Source of the DNA: a virus
Lineage: Duplodnaviria; Heunggongvirae; Uroviricota; Caudoviricetes
Length of the DNA: 24,270 nt
Reading direction: 5' to 3' (one strand)
IMG/VR virus record: IMGVR_UViG_2541047718_000009
Position numbers and translations under genes: made by a program
Shown here: positions 19,196 to 24,270 of the stretch, piece after piece
How positions within the stretch are numbered: position 1 is the first letter of the stretch
Layout of the letters: the number at the start of each line of letters is the position of its first letter
The notes under the pieces: generated by a model
The model's database searches: none
What the model saw: the letters and a program-made list of their open reading frames with translations, nothing else
What the model was told of the DNA's origin: nothing

Positions 19196-19692
19196 TTTAC
19201 TGTCCGTCGTGTGGACATGTTGCTCACACCCGTCGCGCACATTTCATGGACGATGGCACCAAGATAATGATTGCACAGTGCCGGAATATTTATTGCTCTG
19301 CGACATTTGAAGCGAGTGAAAGCTTTTTCTCTGACTGTAAAGATTCAGGAATGGAATACATTTCAGGCAAACAGAGATACCGCGATTCACTGACGTCAGC
19401 CTCCGGCAGTATGAAACGCCCGAAAAGAATGCTTGTTACCGGATATTGTTGTCGGAGATGTAAAGGCCTTGCACTGTCAAGAACATCGCGGCGTCTGTCT
19501 CAGGAAGTCACCGAGCGTTTTTATGTGTGCACGGATCCGGGCTGTGGTCTGGTGTTTAAAACGCTTCAGACCATCAACCGCTTCATTGTCCGCCCGGTCA
19601 CGCCGGACGAACTGGCAGAACGCCTGCATGAAAAACAGGAACTGCCGCCAGTACGCTTAAAAACACAATCATATTCGCTGCGTCTGGAATGA
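19192..19692 (+). CDS. delta: Delta, Ogr-family zinc-finger late transcription activator (tandem Ogr-like halves)
   Basis: 166-aa product with two CxxC...C...C units (MIYCPSCGHVAHTRR...CRNIYCSATF and ...CRRCKG...CTDPGCGLVF). ATGA overlap with the sid stop. Confidence 0.85.
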   Translation: MIYCPSCGHVAHTRRAHFMDDGTKIMIAQCRNIYCSATFEASESFFSDCKDSGMEYISGKQRYRDSLTSASGSMKRPKRMLVTGYCCRRCKGLALSRTSRRLSQEVTERFYVCTDPGCGLVFKTLQTINRFIVRPVTPDELAERLHEKQELPPVRLKTQSYSLRLE

Positions 19693-19765
19693 GGGCTGCC
19701 GGTTAACACCGGCCGTCGCCGCACACCGTATTTTTATTCTTCAGCATGATGAGAAAGAGATAACG

Positions 19766-20338
19766 ATGGAAAGCACAGCCTTACAGCAGGCCTTTGACAC
19801 CTGTCAGAATAACAAAGCGGCATGGCTGCAACGCAAAAATGAGCTGGCAGCGGCCGAACAGGAATATCTGCGGCTTCTGTCAGGAGAAGGCAGAAACGTC
19901 AGTCGCCTGGACGAATTACGCAATATTATCGAAGTCAGAAAATGGCAGGTGAATCAGGCCGCCGGTCGTTATATTCGTTCGCATGAAGCCGTTCAGCACA
20001 TCAGCATCCGCGACCGGCTGAATGATTTTATGCAGCAGCACGGCACAGCACTGGCGGCGGCACTGGCACCGGAGCTGATGGGCTACAGTGAGCTGACGGC
20101 CATTGCCCGAAACTGTGCCATACAGCGTGCCACAGATGCCCTGCGTGAAGCCCTTCTGTCCTGGCTTGCGAAGGGGGAAAAAATTAATTATTCCGCACAG
20201 GATAGCGACATTTTAACGACCATCGGATTCAGGCCTGACGCGGCTTCGGTGGATGACAGCCGTGAAAAATTCACTCCTGCGCAGAACATGATTTTTTCGC
20301 GTAAAAGTGCACAACTGGCATCACGTCAGTCTGTGTAA
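19766..20338 (+). CDS. psu: Psu, polarity suppression / capsid decoration protein
   Basis: 190-aa product in the third position of the sid-delta-psu operon, with size and sequence style of P4 Psu. Confidence 0.8.
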   Translation: MESTALQQAFDTCQNNKAAWLQRKNELAAAEQEYLRLLSGEGRNVSRLDELRNIIEVRKWQVNQAAGRYIRSHEAVQHISIRDRLNDFMQQHGTALAAALAPELMGYSELTAIARNCAIQRATDALREALLSWLAKGEKINYSAQDSDILTTIGFRPDAASVDDSREKFTPAQNMIFSRKSAQLASRQSV

Positions 20339-20374
20339 AATTCCCCGAAAATCCGCCCGTTTTTACTGAAAAAA

Positions 20375-20402
20375 GCCATGCATCGATAAGGTGCATGGCT
20401 TT
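20375..20402 (+). terminator. terminator hairpin after psu
   Basis: GCCATGCA (20375-20382), 9-nt loop, TGCATGGC (20392-20399), then TTT; lies 37 nt after the psu stop. Confidence 0.55.
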
Positions 20403-20502
20403 GCATGCGTTTTCCTGCCTCATTTTCTGCAGACCGCACCATTCCCGGCGCGGTCTGAGCGTGTCAGTGCAACTGCATTAAAACCGCCCCGCAAAGCGGG
20501 CG

Positions 20503-20521
20503 GGCGAGGCGGGGAAAGCAC
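20503..20521. other. cos site (P2/P4-type 19-nt cohesive-end sequence)
   Basis: GGCGAGGCGGGGAAAGCAC at 20503-20521 matches the P2/P4 cohesive-end sequence as I recall it, and lies between psu and the int-proximal cargo as in P4. Confidence 0.7.
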
Positions 20522-20558
20522 TGCGCGCTGACATGATAATTATTATTTTACAGCGCGC

Positions 20559-20588
20559 TTGATTTGCACTTTATGGTACACATATGAT
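20559..20588 (+). promoter_or_regulatory. candidate sigma70 promoter for the hotspot helicase gene
   Basis: TTGATT (20559-20564), 18-nt spacer, TATGAT (20583-20588); AGGA RBS at 20646-20649, 7 nt before ATG 20657. Confidence 0.45.
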
Positions 20589-20656
20589 TGTGTTGAGAAT
20601 TCAGATGTTGTTCAACGTGAACGCAGTTTGTACTTTATTTAAAAAAGGATGTTTAC

Positions 20657-22465
20657 ATGGAAAATTGTTTTAATTTTAAGCCTAATTTAGCAAACCTAAG
20701 AGATTGCCAGAAAGAGGCGTATTTAACGGTTAGAGATTACTTTGCAGATCCCGCTAATACAGAAAATCATATTTTAGTACAGTTGCCTACGGGGACAGGA
20801 AAGTCAGCGGTAATTGCTATATCGCCTTATGAAGTAGCTAAAGGTAAAGTTTTGGTTCTAACACCAAACTTGACACTTGCAAATCAAATTGAGCAAGATA
20901 TTGATATATTCGAAAATCCCACTAGTAATATATATAAGAAATTAGGGATTTTTTCTGAAGACTTTTATACAGAAAGCGAGGCTTATCCTCTGCGGTTAAA
21001 TGATAGTGTTAGTTCGAATGATATAGATGAGCATCAAATAATTATAGCTAACTATCAACAGTTAAATGACGTTGAAAAATGGTTTAAGGGTAAAGAAGAA
21101 CAGGTTGATTTAATAATTATAGACGAGGCTCATCACCAAAAAGCTAAAACTTATCAGGAAGTCATTGGCTTTTTCCCTCAGGCTAAAATTTTAAGCCTTA
21201 CTGCAACTCCTTTTCGTTCTGATGGTAAGCCTCTAGATGGCAAGGTTGTTTATACTTATCATTTTTCAGACGCCATAAGAAATGGATACATTAGGAATAT
21301 TAAGGTCTGTGATATAGCCCCAGAGTCTATTTCGTTAGTAGGTTTGTTTAATGATAAGGATGGTAAAGAATACTCTCTCGAAGATATTCTTGAGTTAAAA
21401 GAAGAAGCATGGTTTAGACGTGGAATCGCCTTATCACAAGATTGTTGCGACAGCATAGCAAGTAAATCTTTTGAAAAGCTTTTGGAGCTAAGAAATTCAA
21501 ATCCAAATGATACTCACCAAATTATTGCAGCAGCAATATCAAAACGACATGCTAGAGAATTTGTTAAGCCAGCATTTGAACGTCTGGGCTTGAAAGTCGG
21601 CTTGGTTAGCACTGATGAGAAAAATAATGAACATACTATACAGAAGTTAAAGCAAGGAAAAATCGATGTGATAGTCAATATTGGTATGCTTGGTGAGGGA
21701 TTTGACCATAAGCCTTTAGGTGTGGCAGCTATTTTCAGACCTTTTGCTTCTTTGAATCCATATATCCAATTTTTAGGAAGAGTTATTAGAGAAAATGGTA
21801 GTACAAAAAATTGCTGGGTTGTTTCTCATTTAGGGTTGAACCAAATATCTAGATTCAATGAGTTTAAATTGTTTGATGCTGATGATAAGGAGATTCTTGA
21901 AAAGCTTTTGTCTGGAAAGAATACTGAAGGGGTAGGTGGTGAATCTTCTTTTGTCGATATACAAGACAGAAACCCAATTGAAGTTACAATTAAAGAAATT
22001 GGTGATAGTCTTGTGGAGTTTAACGAAGATTATGTAGATCTTTCAAAAGTGGATAAAGTTGAAAGAGCGATTAAAAGGCTTAATGAGGGCGAGGCTAGAG
22101 AATTATTGACTAGACTCGGTCTTGATGCAAATTCAATAAATGCTGTTACGACCCGCAAAAAAAGAGTTAAACCTATAAATAAGAAAAAAGCTGCGCAATC
22201 TAGTTTAAATGAAGCGTCTAAATCTATTGCTGTGGATATACTCTCCGAATTAAATTTGAAGATGTACGATAGAAACTTTAACCCATTGAAAACGAATTTT
22301 GTCTGGGTTAAATCAAAAATTGATAAAGAAATAAACAAGAAGCTAGGGATTAAGCAAGCCGAAAGAAAAAAAGTGACAAATGCTCAGTATGATGAATTTT
22401 CTAAAAGTGGTGAATTGAATTTAATAAGAGAAAACTGCTTGGAGTATTTTAAAAGCAAGGTTTGA
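20657..22465 (+). CDS. SF2 DEAH-box helicase-domain protein (ResIII/HsdR-like motor) with lysine-rich C-terminal extension; candidate anti-phage defense protein
   Basis: Helicase motifs in order: Q-like DCQKEA, motif I LPTGTGKS, Ia LVLTPNL, II IIIDEAHH (DEAH at about 21123-21134), III SLTATP, V MLGEGFD, VI QFLGRVIR. The C-terminal ~200 aa are unrecognised and K-rich. The gene is strongly AT-rich against a GC-richer P4 backbone. Confidence 0.75.
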   Translation: MENCFNFKPNLANLRDCQKEAYLTVRDYFADPANTENHILVQLPTGTGKSAVIAISPYEVAKGKVLVLTPNLTLANQIEQDIDIFENPTSNIYKKLGIFSEDFYTESEAYPLRLNDSVSSNDIDEHQIIIANYQQLNDVEKWFKGKEEQVDLIIIDEAHHQKAKTYQEVIGFFPQAKILSLTATPFRSDGKPLDGKVVYTYHFSDAIRNGYIRNIKVCDIAPESISLVGLFNDKDGKEYSLEDILELKEEAWFRRGIALSQDCCDSIASKSFEKLLELRNSNPNDTHQIIAAAISKRHAREFVKPAFERLGLKVGLVSTDEKNNEHTIQKLKQGKIDVIVNIGMLGEGFDHKPLGVAAIFRPFASLNPYIQFLGRVIRENGSTKNCWVVSHLGLNQISRFNEFKLFDADDKEILEKLLSGKNTEGVGGESSFVDIQDRNPIEVTIKEIGDSLVEFNEDYVDLSKVDKVERAIKRLNEGEARELLTRLGLDANSINAVTTRKKRVKPINKKKAAQSSLNEASKSIAVDILSELNLKMYDRNFNPLKTNFVWVKSKIDKEINKKLGIKQAERKKVTNAQYDEFSKSGELNLIRENCLEYFKSKV

Positions 22466-22496
22466 GTTTCGGGCCTCTTTAATGGGGCCCTTCGGC

Positions 22497-23729
22497 TTAA
22501 CTGTGTACTTTATTACCCCACCATTGCATGAGTTCTTCTCTTTGTTTTATATAGGTCGAGCGATTGTAAGCTCGCCTAATTTCATTTTTATCAACATGGG
22601 CTAAAGCAGCTTCAATGGCGTCCGCGTTGAAACCGGCTTCATTCATTGCTGTACTCGCAATAGAACGGAGGCCATGAGCGACTAGTTTTCCGCCAAAACC
22701 AATTCGTTTTAAAGCAGCATTCGCAGTTTGGCTATTCATTGGCTGTTTAGGGTCATTTCTACTAGGAAATATATGTTCACGATGTGCACTAATAGGTTTC
22801 ATTACTTCTAAAATATCTAACGCCTGAGACGATAAAGGAACTATATGTTCTCTTTTGGCCTTCATTCTTTCTGCTGGAATAACCCATATTTTTGCATCAA
22901 GATCAATCTCAGCCCAACGAGCTCCTGAGGCCTCCGATGGACGTACAAGGGTGAGGAGTTGCCACTCGATAAGACAGCGAGTCGGAATAGACAAATTTGA
23001 CATAACGAGAGAACGCATTAGCTTAGGTAATTCTTCTGGCCGCAGTGTCGGCATGTTTTGCTTTTTGGGCTTCTCAAAGGCCATTCCAACCCCGGAAGCT
23101 GGATTGGCATCGATCAGCCCTGTATTTACAGCGAAGATCATTATCTCGTTAATGCGTTGCGCCAGTCGACGTACAGTCTCTAGCGCCCCACGAGCTTTGA
23201 CTGGCTCAAGCGCTTCAACCAATGTTCGGGCTTTGATTTGCTGAATGGGGAGCTCACCGACGGCAGGGAATACATCTTTCTCCAATGAGCGCCAAATGTC
23301 TTTTGCGTAATCAGGGGTAACGCTTTTGCTTTTGAGCTGAAACCAATTAGTGGCAACCGTTGAGAAAATACTGCTCTGAGCGATTTGCTGTTGTTCCTCT
23401 GCAACTTTGGCCTGAATTTGAGGGTCGATTCCATTAGCCAATAAAGCAAGATAATCCGCTCTTAACCTCCGGGCATCTGCAAGTGAAAGAGCGGGGAAAG
23501 CTCCTAGCCCCATCATTGTCCGCTGCTTTGTCGTTGGGCGTTGATAACGGAAACGCCAGAGTTTTTTCCCGTTTGTTTTCACTATCAGGAAAAGCCCCTC
23601 GCCATCATGCAGTGTTAGATCTTTCTCTAACGCTTTAGCTCGCAGAATTTCAGTGTTGGTCAGGGGGCGTGTCGTTCTTGCCACTGTGGCCGCTCCTTCA
23701 TTAATTGGTATACGCGTTTGGGTAAACAT
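22497..23729 (-). CDS. int: tyrosine site-specific integrase (P4 / CP4-57 IntA type)
   Basis: 410-aa product with the catalytic signature near the C-terminus (HGLRSIAST ... RRAYNRSTYIKQR, the H-x-x-R and catalytic Y). Directly adjacent to, and co-oriented with, the ssrA 3' end. Confidence 0.9.
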   Translation of the reverse strand: MFTQTRIPINEGAATVARTTRPLTNTEILRAKALEKDLTLHDGEGLFLIVKTNGKKLWRFRYQRPTTKQRTMMGLGAFPALSLADARRLRADYLALLANGIDPQIQAKVAEEQQQIAQSSIFSTVATNWFQLKSKSVTPDYAKDIWRSLEKDVFPAVGELPIQQIKARTLVEALEPVKARGALETVRRLAQRINEIMIFAVNTGLIDANPASGVGMAFEKPKKQNMPTLRPEELPKLMRSLVMSNLSIPTRCLIEWQLLTLVRPSEASGARWAEIDLDAKIWVIPAERMKAKREHIVPLSSQALDILEVMKPISAHREHIFPSRNDPKQPMNSQTANAALKRIGFGGKLVAHGLRSIASTAMNEAGFNADAIEAALAHVDKNEIRRAYNRSTYIKQREELMQWWGNKVHS

Positions 23730-23798
23730 CCTACCGTATACCTAAACGTATACCAATAATCACTGGATTTAGCTGGATATCCTCGGACAACGGTAGAC

Positions 23799-23833
23799 AC
23801 AAAAAAGCCCGCAGAGCTTGTGCCATGCGGGCT
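23799..23833 (-). terminator. rho-independent terminator downstream of ssrA
   Basis: On the minus strand: stem AGCCCGCA / TGCGGGCT (23806-23813 / 23826-23833) followed by a U-run (complement of 23799-23806), about 36 nt after the tmRNA 3' end. Confidence 0.6.
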
Positions 23834-23868
23834 TTCAGGATTTCTCCGGACGTATCCGGAAGAGCAAG

Positions 23869-24231
23869 TGGTGGAGCTGGCGGGAGTTGAACCCGCGTCC
23901 GAAATTCCTACATCCTCGGTACTACATGCTTAGTCAGTCTTTACATTCGCTTGCCAGCTGCGGACGGACACGCCACTAACAAACTAGCCTGATTAAGTTT
24001 TAACGCTTCAACCCCAGGCAGGGCTTCCACGCGATCTCTTTTGGGTTTGACCTCTCTTGATCCCCGTCCTAAGAGCGGAGGCTAGGGAGAGAGGGCTCTA
24101 AGCAGGTTATTAAGCTGCTAAAGCGTAGTTTTCGTCGTTTGCGACTATTTTTTGCGGCTTTTTACGAGGCCAACCGCCCCTCGGCATGCACCTTGGGTTT
24201 CGCAAATCCCGTCGAATCCAGAATCAGCCCC
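23869..24231 (-). ncRNA. ssrA: tmRNA (SsrA), complete
   Basis: The reverse complement of 23869-24231 reads GGGGCTGATTCTGGATTCGACGGG ... GCAAACGACGAAAACTACGCTTTAGCAGCTTAA (tag ANDENYALAA) ... GGTTCAACTCCCGCCAGCTCCACCA. It is 363 nt and matches E. coli ssrA as I recall it. A TATACT -10 element sits upstream at 24246-24251 on the minus strand. Confidence 0.95.
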
Positions 24232-24270
24232 AATGTGTAACGGTAAGTATACCAGATTCATGAGTGCCAT

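Larger units (their letters stand above)
13006..23891 (-). mobile_element. P4-like satellite prophage integrated at ssrA (att to att)
   Basis: Bounded by the direct repeats above. Contains int, cos, sid-delta-psu, iteron ori, vis/alpA, alpha primase and crr in the order expected for integrated P4. Length is about 10.9 kb. Confidence 0.8.

Noticed and set aside
21259-22338. Small minus-strand ORFs 21259..21456 and 22030..22338
   Set aside because: Embedded antisense in the helicase gene with low-complexity Ser/Leu-rich products; no independent support.
22471-22490. Short GGGCC / GGGCCC hairpin between the helicase and integrase stops, considered as a terminator
   Set aside because: Only a 5-6-bp stem with no U-tract on either strand; too weak to call from sequence alone.
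22855-23449. ORFs 22855..23244 (+) and 23180..23449 (-) within the integrase region
   Set aside because: They overlap the integrase coding sequence, which has a clear tyrosine-recombinase catalytic signature; treated as spurious frames.

Overview
This window reads as an enterobacterial (E. coli-like) chromosome at the ssrA (tmRNA) locus, carrying two adjacent mobile elements. All calls come from reading the sequence and the supplied ORF translations; no database search was run. RIGHT (about 13006-23891): a nearly complete P4-like satellite prophage integrated at the 3' end of ssrA. It has a tyrosine integrase next to ssrA, a 15-nt direct repeat of the ssrA 3' end at 13006-13020 marking the distal att, the P2/P4-type cos sequence, the sid-delta-psu late operon behind a TGT-N12-ACA activator site, a TGTTCACC-iteron ori, a left operon (Vis/AlpA-like, small ORFs, 151-aa and 106-aa ORFs, 777-aa alpha primase-helicase) and a crr-like pair of iteron repeats. 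In the psu-int interval there is a single AT-rich gene for a 602-aa SF2 (DEAH) helicase-domain protein with a lysine-rich C-terminal extension; this is the strongest candidate for an undescribed anti-phage defense gene. LEFT (1 to about 13000): the distal end of a second prophage with a Mu/e14-like contractile-tail module (tape measure C-terminus, DNA-circulation protein, gp44/D-like, gpV spike, gp46/W, baseplate J, DUF2313-like, tail fiber, tail fiber assembly). Its tape measure gene is truncated upstream by an rve-type IS transposase fragment. Downstream is AT-rich cargo: an acyltransferase-3 membrane protein (putative O-antigen acetylase), a decayed Gin/Pin-family invertase remnant, a GIY-YIG nuclease-domain protein of unknown function, and a convergent EcoRII-like restriction-modification pair. 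No CRISPR array, rRNA or tRNA was seen; the only RNA gene is ssrA.
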